Below, one piece after another: positions 28,901-40,100 of a stretch of DNA of 64,000 nt. The position numbers and the translations under genes were made by a program. The stretch's first letter is position 1. The number at the start of each line of letters is the position of its first letter. The notes under the pieces were generated by a model. That model was not told the origin of the DNA. It saw only the letters and a list, made by a program, of their open reading frames with translations, and ran no database searches. The DNA lies in NCBI GenBank assembly GCA_947459425.1, contig CANHDJ010000006.1, positions 19,008 through 83,007 of the forward strand, read 5' to 3'. The stretch is from Ignavibacteria bacterium. Lineage in GTDB: Bacteria > Bacteroidota > Ignavibacteria > Kapaibacteriales > UBA4661.

Positions 28901-29927
28901 CATTTTGCCCTAAACAGAAAGAGGTGGAATTGTTCGTAATCGGACGGGAAGACGTAATCCCGGGAAGATTCGTGCCAACATTGATGATAAGCGGCGTAGC
29001 GGGCATAGAAATTGGCGCGTTGTCAACATTTCTGAGCGTGACAGCGCCTGCTGTGCTGGAAAGTGCAATGGTGTACGTACCGGACTGGCTAATTGTCGGT
29101 GAAAACGTTAGCGTGTAACTTACGCCCTGGCGGGTGTTACTGTCCAAACCCGGAGCGCTGGGGCAATTCGCACACGCAACGCTAACGACGGAAAACACTT
29201 GATTATTGGGTCCCGTAATTTGGAACGTGCCGGGCTGCACCGAGCCGCGCAAAATGGGTTCGGAAAAGGTCGCCACAATCGAACTCGAAGCACCGCAGCC
29301 CGTAAGCTGGTTTGCCCTGAACGAAACATTTGCAACAGGAAAAGTAGGCGTTGTCGGGATAACACCCGGCGAACTATTACCAAAATCTAGCGTAAAGCCA
29401 CCGTTGCCTGTCGAATTGGAGATATAAATCATATACACCTCGCCCCGTCTCACCGCAAGTGATTGGGAGAACGAGTTAAACTGTGCTGCCAGCGCGTTAT
29501 CCAAGCCCGTAATGCCATTGCCGGGAGCGAAATTACACGCCGCCAAATTCGACGGGCTTGATGCCGCCGAAATACAACCCGCAATCTGCGAAGTGGCACT
29601 CGCGGAAAAACGCAACACGGCAAAATTATAGTCGTCGGTGGCTGTCGGTGTCAGGCGAAACGACAAAAAGCCGTCCGAGGCGACGTTCAGCCGATACCAA
29701 GAACTATTGGTTTTGGCAGTCGTGGCGCAGCCAAAGCCAGTGGCTATCTCGCCCGTATTCGACCCTGCGCCTCGATACGAGAATTGCTGAGTGATAAGAG
29801 TGCGATTAATCGGCAAAGCACCAAAGCAATCCTGCTCCGGTCCCGACGATGTCTGGCTTATTGCGCCCTGTGGGGCAAATGTCCATGCAAAAAGCATGAC
29901 AAAACAGGTAATAACGTAACGTTTCAT
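25908..29927 (-). CDS. T9SS-secreted Ig-like repeat surface protein (~1,339 aa)
   Basis: Signal peptide; EQDC..A.PI N-domain; ~9 repeats of C.G...YQW...GAT...Y.V.V....GC..TS; cohesin-like domain; CTD PNP...LSPGVYFVTV...KIHVVR. Confidence 0.88.
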   Translation of the reverse strand: MKRYVITCFVMLFAWTFAPQGAISQTSSGPEQDCFGALPINRTLITQQFSYRGAGSNTGEIATGFGCATTAKTNSSWYRLNVASDGFLSFRLTPTATDDYNFAVLRFSASATSQIAGCISAASSPSNLAACNFAPGNGITGLDNALAAQFNSFSQSLAVRRGEVYMIYISNSTGNGGFTLDFGNSSPGVIPTTPTFPVANVSFRANQLTGCGASSSIVATFSEPILRGSVQPGTFQITGPNNQVFSVVSVACANCPSAPGLDSNTRQGVSYTLTFSPTISQSGTYTIALSSTAGAVTLRNVDNAPISMPATPLIINVGTNLPGITSSRPITNNSTSFCLGQNAVLTTEDAGTGTQYQWLREGSNGTLFPVTNGTGRSLTVTGGYAQRVSSTDSSSVIIVTQTGVFRIRVTDGNGCVRTSNPINVTVSPGLQATILNAPGAGIDLTPCRNEGIYLVAQEGFRSYLWHKNFQPIDTAKSRIFFALDDAVYSVETVDNNGCTNMSRDLTLSSRDVSPVIVRGDTVNCANPATGKVESPIMLTIIPSPEFQTYQWYAGSSARNGIRRLIAGATGSTLSVTAGTFHLVVKMVNGCTSTSADFTVQVGDAPPAPTISGVASGIVQTICPGSSYPLFGPAGFPRYQWYFNNTPIAGATSRRFDAMMPGNYSVQVFTAQGCASTLSMPPVRLESGQVLPGVVRSSSNSFTTCRGTPIQLSVDIPDSLLARATFEWTRVGVASVIGTSRTLSVTDAADYKVSVQFTNGDPCPVGTTVTVRVVDNPMPIVVTPTGGNTFCQGGSLTLDAGDFASYQWFTVTGGVSTAIAGATMRTLVVRAAGSYRVRVTASGGCEGTSAPFAVTELPAPRTPEISSRNGSLELCPNGSLELFVSNADAALTYQWFLNNTALPGETRTSLTVRAIGSYTVEARSSNGCTSRPNSPSNVTPATLPTAPVLPSAITICPNADTTVTAPAGFAEYQWLSGIGDAARPIMGETNRQFRINRAGSFSVQVKNTIGCINTSSTITVSQTQVVVRIDTIDAGVRFRGSSTPRARLYQWLLNGMNIAQATDSVFAPQVDGLYSVRVTDINGCVQTSAAQRFTPPVIGSTTCLANCGSTNPATPPVVRGDSTFAAPGDTVVFSIRLRSLGTLRPGARIDATLCFNATLLEPLPPLAAGTISGGVRCIPMTLTIPTDTTAALFTLPFRAALGNDSVTALVLNSRLSPGGAPLPTTSSFFRLTTISYAGGARLIGPPPRMRLTPSRPNPVSDDATISYVIENAVSERTAENVNVSVSDVFGRVVKTLPITQLIGKTGDIPLNTADLSPGVYFVTVRSERGAVQVQKIHVVR

Positions 29928-30049
29928 AATGCAAACCCGGAATACCGGTGATTGATAGAACAAAGTTTTTTCAGTTCATTAGAATTACACAAGCAAAAAC
30001 CGTGCTAGATTTTTTCTTCTGGCATATTTGAAGAAAGTGCTGCAATTTT

Positions 30050-30841
30050 TTAGACTCTTTCGACCACATCGCGCATCCAAATCTTGATGGCTGCCACCGA
30101 CGGGGTGTATTGCCAATAATACAGCAGTTCCATCAGATGTGCCAATGCCTCTTCCGTTTCTTCGTTCCAGTCAGTCGAAATCACACCAATACGGTGTGCA
30201 TTTGCGCCAAGATGCTCCTGCTCGGCAATATCAATGGTCGGCGGCACTTCTGTATTGCGGAAGGCAGCAAGACTTTCCGCAAGAGTTTCGGGGACTTCCT
30301 CCGGGCGGCAAGCCCAAACCGCTATGGGCAAAATTTCACCAAAATAATCGCTCCATTCATCACTAATGTCCAGAACAACGCTTTGTGTCTGGTCGAAGCC
30401 ATAGTCCAAGACAACATCATAGCGCATGAGCAAATCCGCAACGCTGCCCTGCTCTTGCGTGAACGTTAATTCTACATCAAATTTTTCAGCAAAGACTGCT
30501 CTGCCCATCATCATCAAAAAATCTTCTGCCACCGGCGAAACGCATCGGGAAAGCTGCGTATCGGCTTGATGCTGATGCAAATATATTGAGCCAGTGTACG
30601 TGAGAGCGTCCAACGTGAGCGTGCTGACAGGCACAATGCGCAAATCCGTTTTCAAAGCAACTTGGGCATAACCAAGCGGCGAGACCAACGCAACATCGGC
30701 AATATGCCGCCCAAGCCAAGCGCGACATTCCTGCTCGGTACCACGCAGAAGCCTTGCGCCAATACTGTTGCAAACACTCTCGGCATGAGTAATAAGCGGT
30801 TCAAATAGTGGATGAGTGGGAACGGCGACAACGATACTCAT
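30050..30841 (-). CDS. MqnA-like (chorismate dehydratase / futalosine pathway family) protein, divergent
   Basis: ADVALVSPLGY, LRIVP, VVLDISDEW...LPIAVWA resemble the MqnA/MqnD family. Confidence 0.55.
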   Translation of the reverse strand: MSIVVAVPTHPLFEPLITHAESVCNSIGARLLRGTEQECRAWLGRHIADVALVSPLGYAQVALKTDLRIVPVSTLTLDALTYTGSIYLHQHQADTQLSRCVSPVAEDFLMMMGRAVFAEKFDVELTFTQEQGSVADLLMRYDVVLDYGFDQTQSVVLDISDEWSDYFGEILPIAVWACRPEEVPETLAESLAAFRNTEVPPTIDIAEQEHLGANAHRIGVISTDWNEETEEALAHLMELLYYWQYTPSVAAIKIWMRDVVERV

Positions 30842-30966
30842 GAAAACAAGGACAGATAAATTGATACAGCCTATCGGCAGAAACGATTACACGAATGCAA
30901 CTTGCAAGATACACAAGTTTTGAGGTTATTTCCAATGCCAAATGTTGTTTCTTGTTAATACAACAC

Positions 30967-31509
30967 TTATTTGCAATGCCGCCATGCCGCAACAGCTTGA
31001 AAAAGCGCTATTCCTGCCGCCACACTCACATTCAACGAATGTTTTACGCCATACATCGGAATATCCAATGCTCCATCACACATTGCTAAAACATCATCGT
31101 CAACACCCGTAATTTCATTGCCCAAAACGAGACAAAGCGGAAAATCTGATTTCTCAAGTTTATACACAGAACGACTATTATCTGTCAATTCTAGTGCAAA
31201 AATCTTCACATTTTGTTGTCGTAATTTCACAACCGCATCCATGCTGCTCGCGTGATATTCCCATGGGACAGAATCCACCGCCCCAAGTGCTGTTTTTTCA
31301 ATTTCCTTACGCGGTGGTGCTGGTGTGTAGCCGCAAATGTGCAATTTCTGTGCCAAAGCCGCATCCGCAGTGCGAAAAAGCGATCCGACATTGTACAAAC
31401 TGCGAATATTATGCAATAACAACGAAACCGGGTGACGCTCCGCACCAAGCGCAATCTCATTGGTCAAGCGTTGTTGCAAAATTTCATCGTGGAGAAGTTT
31501 ACGAATCAT
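30967..31509 (-). CDS. TrmH/SpoU-family RNA methyltransferase
   Basis: LHNIRSLYNVGSLFRTADA, VLGNEITGV, IPMYGVKHSLNVSVA (SPOUT motifs). Confidence 0.93.
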   Translation of the reverse strand: MIRKLLHDEILQQRLTNEIALGAERHPVSLLLHNIRSLYNVGSLFRTADAALAQKLHICGYTPAPPRKEIEKTALGAVDSVPWEYHASSMDAVVKLRQQNVKIFALELTDNSRSVYKLEKSDFPLCLVLGNEITGVDDDVLAMCDGALDIPMYGVKHSLNVSVAAGIALFQAVAAWRHCK

Positions 31510-31569
31510 AGAGGCAAGAAAAATTTGAGAGAAAATCTCATTTGGACGCGGCACAACAAAGCAGCAAAT

Positions 31570-32205
31570 CTATCGCTGACCTAGCATTACTACGAAAGCC
31601 GATGACACAAGAGACCAAATTTGCTCATGAAGAACTTCAACAGCAAGCGTCGCATCAAGCCGCTTAACACGCTCAACCTCCTGGGCTGCAAATTGCTGAT
31701 ACCCAGCTATGACCCGCTCAAAGAACTCATCGCCAGCGTTTTCCAGTCTATCGGCATTCTTACTGGCACAGCGCTCTTTAGCATGAGCAAGCGGAACATC
31801 AAGGAAAAATGTGAGATGAGGCATAATACCACCCGTTGCAACGGCATTGGCGCGGCGAATATCCTCCAAGGGCAACCCACGCCCGAAGGACTGATAGGCA
31901 ACCGTGGAGTCCGTAAAACGGTCGGAAACGACAATCGCGCCGCTTTGCAATGCCGGCGCAATAACGGTATCCACTAATTGCGCTCGTGCAGCCGAATAGA
32001 GCAACAGTTCGGTTCGTGCCGTCATTGCGGTATGTTTGTTGTCGAGAATAAGGGCGCGGATGGATTCGGAAATGCCTGTATTGCCCGGGTCGCGGACAAA
32101 CACGATAGTATTGGCAGGAAAGGCAGCACGGAGGCGCTCTTCAAGAAGTTTTGCTTGCGTGGACTTGCCACAGCCGTCGATACCTTCAAACGTAATGAAC
32201 ATCAT
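31570..32205 (-). CDS. tmk: Thymidylate kinase
   Basis: FITFEGIDGCGKSTQ P-loop, LLYSAARAQ, SDRFTDSTVAYQ. Confidence 0.97.
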   Translation of the reverse strand: MMFITFEGIDGCGKSTQAKLLEERLRAAFPANTIVFVRDPGNTGISESIRALILDNKHTAMTARTELLLYSAARAQLVDTVIAPALQSGAIVVSDRFTDSTVAYQSFGRGLPLEDIRRANAVATGGIMPHLTFFLDVPLAHAKERCASKNADRLENAGDEFFERVIAGYQQFAAQEVERVKRLDATLAVEVLHEQIWSLVSSAFVVMLGQR

Positions 32206-32403
32206 GCTTTGGTGTTAGCAGACAAAACCCACGGTGGTATTTGGGCGGTTTTGTCAAAAAATTTTACCAAAATAACGAGAAAAATTGCGAATTACCAAGT
32301 ACGAACTACGCTGTTAATGTTCGGACGCGCACAGCGACAACGCAAAAACTCACGTCGGCGGCTTATCTACGCGCTTTCCAGATGCAACCGTAATTCCTAA
32401 TTC

Positions 32404-33114
32404 CTAACTCGTTTTTTCCTCTCCCCTACCTTCCAAAACAACCACAAACTCTCCTTTTTGCGATGGTCGTGTGGCAAGTCGTTGCAAGCAATCGTCGAGA
32501 TTTTCACGGATAAATTCTTCATACATTTTCGTTAGTTCGCGGGCAATGCAAACACGGCGTTTTTGAGCGCCCAGCGCCGACAATTCCTCCAAAAGCGCAA
32601 CAATACGGTGTCCGGACTCATACATCACCACCGTTTCATCCTGCGCAAGCGCTTTTTTGAGAAATGTTTCGCGCCCTTTTTTCTGTGGCGGAAATCCTAA
32701 AAACGTAAAATGATGCACCGCCAAACCACTTGCCGAAAGCGCCGGAATAAGCGCCGTTGCGCCCGGCAATGGTACAATTTTTACGCCTGCCGTAATTGCC
32801 GCACCCACAAGCCGATAACCCGGGTCGGAAATGCACGGCGAACCAGCCTCGCTCACGAGCGCCACGACGCTACCGCTCTGCACGGCAAAAATGAGTTCTT
32901 GAGCGCGTTCGGCTTCGTTGTAATCGTGGTAACTCTGCAAACGCTGTGCCGTGATGCCGTAAAGAGCGAGTAACTGCCCCGTTGTGCGCGTATCCTCCGA
33001 AGCGATAATATCGGCACTCTGAAGCGTTTTGAGCGCCCGCAGCGTAATATCGTCTCTATTACCGATTGGCACGGGAACAAGATACAATGCGGGTTCGAGA
33101 CGTTTTTCATCCAT
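32404..33114 (-). CDS. rsmI: 16S rRNA C1402 2'-O-methyltransferase
   Basis: LYLVPVPIGNRDDITLRAL, EDTR, SEAGSPCISDPG, ARELTKMYEE. Confidence 0.96.
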   Translation of the reverse strand: MDEKRLEPALYLVPVPIGNRDDITLRALKTLQSADIIASEDTRTTGQLLALYGITAQRLQSYHDYNEAERAQELIFAVQSGSVVALVSEAGSPCISDPGYRLVGAAITAGVKIVPLPGATALIPALSASGLAVHHFTFLGFPPQKKGRETFLKKALAQDETVVMYESGHRIVALLEELSALGAQKRRVCIARELTKMYEEFIRENLDDCLQRLATRPSQKGEFVVVLEGRGEEKTS

Positions 33115-33125
33115 AGCTCATTATT

Positions 33126-33497
33126 TCACAATTCCGAGAAGCGCAATAAAAACACGAGGGTTTCTTTATTCACCAGAATCGTCGTAAAAAGTAAGGACAG
33201 AAACATCACCACAAATATCCGTTGCTGCTTTTCAAAACGAGCATCTATGCGGGCTTCGAGTGTTTTTATTTCGCCCATCAGCTCTGTTTTTGCCAATGCT
33301 ACATCGGTTTTGGACGCAAGTTCTTTTGTGAGTTCGTCACGCACTTCGATTTTTTTCTGCATGGCAAGCGTCTGTGCTTGCTGCTCGAAAGAAGCACTTG
33401 TTTCTTCCAATACTTTCGCTACATCCAACGCCAATTCTTTCCCGAATTTTGCTTCGATACGTTGGTAAAAGTCCATGGTGAGGGATAAAGCCATCAT
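33126..33497 (-). CDS. Coiled-coil protein with C-terminal TM helix (DUF1640/CCDC90-like)
   Basis: GGAG before ATG 33497/33494; ELASKTDV motif, heptad pattern and C-terminal hydrophobic helix. Confidence 0.65.
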   Translation of the reverse strand: MMALSLTMDFYQRIEAKFGKELALDVAKVLEETSASFEQQAQTLAMQKKIEVRDELTKELASKTDVALAKTELMGEIKTLEARIDARFEKQQRIFVVMFLSLLFTTILVNKETLVFLLRFSEL

Positions 33498-33522
33498 GCG
33501 CTCCGCAGGGATAAATGTTCGT

Positions 33523-34005
33523 TCAATTTTTCCGTATTTTCGCAAAAAACGACCGCAAAATCATGGCGCTTTCTTCTTGCTGAATACCGCTTGTTATCTG
33601 GCATCGATGGTTCAAACGCTCATCATGGGCGATGTTGTAGAGCGTTCCACAAGCGCCCGCCTTGGGATCGGTGGCGGCATAGACCAAACGCGGAACCCGC
33701 GCCAAGACAATCGCCCCAGCGCACATCGAACATGGCTCTAAGGTCACATACATCGTGCAATCCAAAAGCCGCCGACTTCCCAGCGAAGAAGCTGCTGCCG
33801 TAATCGCAATCATTTCTGCGTGTGCTGTTGGGTCTTGCAGACGCTCGGTCAGATTGTGTCCGCGCCCGATGATGCGGTTCTCATGCACAATCACCGCTCC
33901 AATCGGCACTTCGTTTGCTTCGAGGGCTTTTTCTGCCTCGCGCATTGCCATTTGCATAAAATGGTCGTCGTTTTGATTGGTCAGCGTAAATTCTAATAAG
34001 TCCAT
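33523..34005 (-). CDS. tadA: tRNA-specific adenosine deaminase
   Basis: EVPIGAV, DPTAHAE, TLEPCSMC, DPKAGA and LNH motifs. Confidence 0.96.
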   Translation of the reverse strand: MDLLEFTLTNQNDDHFMQMAMREAEKALEANEVPIGAVIVHENRIIGRGHNLTERLQDPTAHAEMIAITAAASSLGSRRLLDCTMYVTLEPCSMCAGAIVLARVPRLVYAATDPKAGACGTLYNIAHDERLNHRCQITSGIQQEESAMILRSFFAKIRKN

Positions 34006-34086
34006 GAACAAATGATAAACAAAGCGTTGATAGCGTTTTGTGAAGACTACTGGCGCAAAGTTAGCAAAATTTTATTGCCCGCAAAG

Positions 34087-34129
34087 AAAAAAGCCCGAAG
34101 AGCAGGATTTTTTCGCTCTTCGGGGCTTT
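34087..34129 (-). terminator. Rho-independent terminator of the giant gene
   Basis: On the minus strand GCCCCGAAGAGC...GCTCTTCGGGC followed by T6. Confidence 0.85.
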
Positions 34130-34150
34130 GTTGTTGCCGTCATCGTGGCT

Positions 34151-37100
34151 CTACCGCACTATCTGTACTTGCCGCGAATCTGTTTCGCCATTCATCCGAA
34201 TCTGTACCGTATAAGACCCGCTCGGAAGCCTGTCCACGCGGGTTTGAAGCAGATGCTCGCCACCGGACTGGACTTCTTGCTTGAAAATATGCACGGTCTC
34301 GCCTTTAGCATTGACCAACACAATCTCCACAAATCCCGTCTCGCCCAGCGAATAGGCTATTTCCACAGCATTCGTCGCCGGGTTCGGCGCAATAGCGGTA
34401 ATCGCTAATTTTGCCGTTGAAGGCACAATAAGCCGCTTCCCACCTGCTTGCGAGACCTTTACCGTGAACGAACCGTTGATAAGCGAATCCATCGTCACAC
34501 TGCCTTCGCCCCATTCCAAGGACTCCAATACCAGCGCCGTTGTTGCCGTCGTGCCGGCGACCGCCAAACAGCGTATTTGCGCCAACGTCCGCGAACGTCC
34601 CTGCCAGAATGTCGGCGGCAAAACATAGCCTTGCAGACCATCCGCGCTCGGAACGGGAGCATTCAAGCGCCGCAAGCCGAGTTCGTCCGGAGCCAGCACA
34701 AGAACTTGATTATTCATGCGCAATCTGCCGCTAATCCTTGGCTGTGCCGCTTTGAAAATCGCATCCAAAGGCTTATCGGATTGCAGATAGATTTCCAGCC
34801 GCACAGCACTTCCGGGCGCAACATTATCGTCCAAAGCCCGCACACCAACTTGCACAAAGACATCCTCTGGCGTTCTCAATCGTGCGTAGGTCTGCAATTC
34901 AACTTCTGTCGTTTCCAAATCTTCTCGCCGCAACTGATCAAGAGAAACATTGTACGTAATGCAGCGCAGTGTATTGCTTTGAACCGTCCCGACGGTTGTG
35001 GCAAGGCACGTCATTCGGAGAAGTACGGTATCACGAGGCGCAATGGAGACCTCCTGCCCTTGGAAATCCAATCGGTACGGGCTTGCCGCATTCGCAAGCG
35101 CCGCCCGTTGGAGCGTAATAGGGCGGTCTTCGAGATTGATAAGCATTGCCGAAGAAATGCGATTTTTGCCCACAATCACCGTGTCAAACGCTGGTGCCAC
35201 AAGCCGCACCCCGCTTACCCGCGCTTGCAAACGATTCTGCAAGGTACGTTCTTGAACATTTGCGCTCATACCAACACGGAAGCTCACCGTTATTGAGTCG
35301 GACAGCGGACCAACCTTTCGCGCCACAAAACGAATCGGCAACTGAACCTCTGCGCCCGCAGCAACGGTTTGTGGCGGATTTTCTATTGTGAAATCAGGAA
35401 TGCTCGCTTTGATACTCTCAATCGTCAATGCCGCCGAACCAAGATTTTGTAAACGAATCGTTCCGCGAGTCTCATCAAAGCGTGTGAGTTTCCCGAAATT
35501 CCATTCCGACATCGTCAGTTGTGCATTCGGTGGCAATGTCGTGAACGTACCAACCGCCCAAGGACTCTCTCCGGCAACATTTTCCGCCCGAACGCGCCAC
35601 GCAAACTGGCGGTCTGCCGCAAGCGGGAAAGCAGTGCGGAAAAAGGCGGGAAGCGTTTGCTGACTGGCGAGAATCGCCCCGGCAACGGGAAGATCTGCCG
35701 TGTTCGGTATTGTCGCCGATGAAAGCACACTGGCAAACGCTGTATCGGCAGCAATTTCCAAACGATAACGCTCTACGGTCGGAACACTCGTCCAACGGAA
35801 GCGCGGCACCGTGCTGACATCAAGCTCACCTGCCCCCGGCTCCAAAAGCGCAACCGACGGCGGTGCCGTGAGCGGATTACGTCCCAAGACCTGTACTTGC
35901 GCCGTTGCAAGCGTTATTTCGGGCAAACGGTCGTTGGTTATCACGCAATCATACGAACCAGTATCAGCCATCGTAAAGGCAGGAATAATGAGGTCGGCGT
36001 GGCGGCTGGCATCACGTAGAGTTGTCAGTGCAGCACCGTTTTTCCGCCATTGTGTGCGGCTATAGACCTCGGTTTTCGGCACACTGAGTCGCAACGAGTC
36101 TTGCAAGGTGACCGTCACCACCGCCTCCGTCGAGTTCGCACCAGCGCCTACCCGTGCCAAGAGTCGTGGCTGTGCGAACGGTGCTTGCGGCAAATACAGC
36201 AACGTGCGATTACTGCCAACAGTACCAACAAAATATTCCAGCATCGCAACCGAAAAGCGATTATTGCTGACGGCAACCGTATCCAAGCGCGTTGCTCCCG
36301 ACAAATCCACAATGCCCGAAAGCTGATTATTGCGAATATCCAAATGGCGCAAACGCGATAGTGTGCGCAGGCTTGCGGGCAGATCACCCGTAAAGGCATT
36401 GCTGTCAAGCAGCAGAACGCGAAGGAATTGTAGGTTCTTGATTTCATCGGGAATCGGTCCCGTGAGATTGTTGTTGCCCAAATCCAACACATCCAAATCC
36501 GATGCGGCTTGCAGGGCAACAGACTTCGCCTTGCCCACGTTGCGGACTAATCCCATCGGGAAATTACCCGTCAACCGATTCCCACGCATCCTGAGAACTT
36601 GAAGTTGAGTGAGTGCTGCTATTTCATTCGGAATTTCGCCCGTGACGCGATTGCCCGTCATATCCAGCACCGTTAGTGCGGTCATTTGTGGGATAGCATC
36701 GGCAAGTTTTCCACCAAACGAATTGCCACGCAGATTCAGCACCGTGACGTTTGGCAGACCTGAGAGCGAGGACAAACTATCGCGGATTGCATTGCCTGAA
36801 AGGTCAATTTCACGCAATTTCGTCATCGTTTTCATCTCTCTTGGTAATCCTCCCGCAAAACCATTATTGGCAAGTCGCAGCACTTCAAGGTTCTTTGCAT
36901 TGACAAGGCTTGGCGGGATTGCCCCCGAAAGTTTGTTATTGCGCAAATCCAACACCTTCAGAGCATCGAGGCTTTCCAGTACCTCCATCGGGATTGCACC
37001 TTGAATACCGCTATCGGGCAAGCGCAATTCGACCACACGCCCGCTTTGAACCGTTACGCCATACCGCACCCCAATCGGCGCTCCATTCGTCCAATTCGAG

Positions 37101-40100
37101 GTCGTTGTCCACTGCATCCCCCCCGTACTAGCAAAAAGACGATTCAGCGCCAACGAATCTTTGGAGGAAACAGGCTCTGGCGGCGTGACCACAACTGGAA
37201 CCGAAGTGGTATCCAAGGTGAACAGGTTCGAGCCTTCCAACGTCTCGGTTAATGTCTCGACCATGATTTTGCCGCTTCTCACCGAACCAACGGTTACTTG
37301 TATCATCGTTGGCAAAACAACAGCAAATGCACCAACACGTACACCGCCAATGCTCACCGACTTGACCGAACCCCGCACCGATGAGCCGAGTGGAGCAAAA
37401 TGTTGTCCAAAAATCGAAACGACACTTTGCGTAGAGCCAATATTCGGGAACATAATGGAAACCGACGGAATATCCCGCGCATTCACCCGAAGGCGCTGCA
37501 AGATACTTACCCGCACCGTTGGCGTGGTAACGACTAATCGCGCACTTGTCGAAAGCAATAACGACGGTACAATATTGTTCGGCACCTGCACGACGATTGC
37601 GGTCGTGCTGCGCGAAATAATCTCCAACGGCAGCGATTCAATCGAACCCGATGAAAGCGCAACATTCGCATTGGTGCTGATGTTCTCGCCTGTGAGCGTA
37701 ATCGGCGAACCCTCGGTCACCGTCGTTGGCTCAACATCGGTAATCCTCATGGGCGCTGGTGCAACGACCGTTGCACCAGTCATTCCCATTGTGCCTGTCG
37801 TGACAGGTGCTGCAAAAACGATTGAACCAACTTCCACACGCCGAATGCGATGGTTATCGGTATCAAAGACCAACAGCGCACCGTTGTCCCAAAGCAATGA
37901 GTGTGGCGAATTAAACTGCGCAGCTTGCGTTGTGCCGTCAGCAAAGCCCTGTGTGCCACTTCCCGCCACCGTGACAACCTCGCCCGTGATAGTGCTGACA
38001 GCGCGGATGCGGTGATTACCAAGATCGGCAACAAACAGCGTTGTACCGTTCAACGCAAGACCCATCGGGTTGTTAAATTTCGCCGTGCCGCTTGTGCCGT
38101 CGGCAAAGCCCGCCTCGCCTGTTCCGGCAAGAGTTGTGACCGTGCCGTTTTCCATCCAAATTTTCCGAATCGTGTTCCCGCCTCTGTCGGCAACGTAGGC
38201 ATAATTTTGATTGTCCACCACTATCCCGCTTGGACCGTTAAAAAGCGCTTCGGTTTCACTCGCACCATTGGCAGAGCCTGCTTCACCAGGATTTCCAGCG
38301 TAGGTGAATACCGTCGCATTCAGAAAAACCCGAATAGCATGGGCTTCCTGGTCGGTAAGGATAATTGGACCTCTGTTGTCTCGTGCAAGCCCTAGTGGGC
38401 TTATAAACCGTGCATCCGGTAAACTGCCGTCCAAATAGCCTTTCTCTCCTGTTCCAGCGAACAATCGCACTGCTCCACTGGCAATATCAACGATGCGCAT
38501 TCTGGAGCCGATATAATCCGCAACAAGGAGGTGCGTCGAGCCATCACCGCCAAATTCATTGCTGGGAAGCAAGCCAAAGGTATGATTAAACTGTGCTGCC
38601 ACACCAACGCCATCAGCATTTCCGCCATCCAAACTCCCCGCAACGGTCGAAACTTCTCCCGTCTGCACGTTCAATCGGCGAATGGCGTGAACCATAGAAA
38701 AATACACATTATTGCCAATTTTGGCACCAAATCGCGGAAAGTTCAATTCTGCCGCCTGACCCGCAAAATTCGTCAGCCCGCCTGTGCCATTGCCTACAAT
38801 CGTCGAAACTTTTGGCAAGTCCAAGACCGTAAAGCCCGCACGGCTGCCCGTTTCCATGCCCTTGGTGACGCGCACCTCGCCGCTCACCGCACCAAACGGC
38901 ACAACCGTCTGAATTTCCGTTGCCGAGACCACTTTGAACCACGCCTCTTTGTCGCCAAATGCTACCTTCGTTGCGCCCGTAAAGCGTGTTCCCGTGATTG
39001 TGACGGACTGCATCGGTGCAGCCGATTCGGGCGCGAAACTGGTGACAATAGGCACGGTCGTGCTGGGAGGAGTTGGCACACCGCTCGGCGTAGCACCGGG
39101 AGTAAATACGGCAAAGCCACGGCGAGGCTGCCCGCCAACGCTGGTAAATGCTCCGCCGACATATAAGGTTGTACCGCTAGCGGCAAGAGCGCGAACATCG
39201 CCACCAGCCAGATTTGCATTAAATGCCGTGACGGTAGCGTCGGAAGGTGCTTTCGGAAATCCGGCAAGTGCATTGCGCTGGACATTACCATTAACGCTGG
39301 TAAAAGTTCCGCCCGCATAGACATTCGCGCCTATAACCGCTATTGCCCACACGTCATTGTTCATATTCGGATTCCAATCAATGACAGGATTTCCATTTGC
39401 CGATGGAAGAGCGCAGAACTTACTGCGTGGCGTACCACCGACACTCGTAAAATTACCGCCAACGTAGGTTGTACCACCATCCAAAGCGAGCGCAAGCCCT
39501 ACACCGTCTTGAATCTGTGCATCCCAACTTGGAATATCTTGCGCTCCGGGAGTTAAATTCGCCAAGCGGTTTTGACGCACAATACCATTGGTCTGCGCAA
39601 AATGCCCGGCGACTTTAATTGAGCCATTCGCATTGTCCACCACGACTGCCTGCGCGACATTGGCGATATTCGGCACAAAACCTGAAAGTGTTCCATCAAC
39701 AGTATTGAAGCCGCAACCATTGTTCCATCCCGGATTGCCCGCCACACCCGTAAAGCCGCCCACAGCATAAATTACCGTATTGGCAGCATTCAAACTCAGT
39801 CCATTCACAAACTGATTGAGCGGGTGTTGCGTTTGCCAAGAATCAAGAACGCCTGTGCTTGCATTGAATCGGCATAAGTGATTGCGCACCGTTCCGCCGT
39901 TCACCGTCGTAAATTCACCACCGACATACACCGTATTATTCCCATTATCAACAGCAATAGCACGAACATTGACACCGCCAATCGAAGGAATTGCTGTCGT
40001 GATAAGTGCGCCCGTGTTCGCGTCAATCGCCGCCAGGCGGCTTCGCATGAGCGTATTTCCGCCATTGGTAAGTGAATTTGTTGTTTCGGTGAAATCACCG

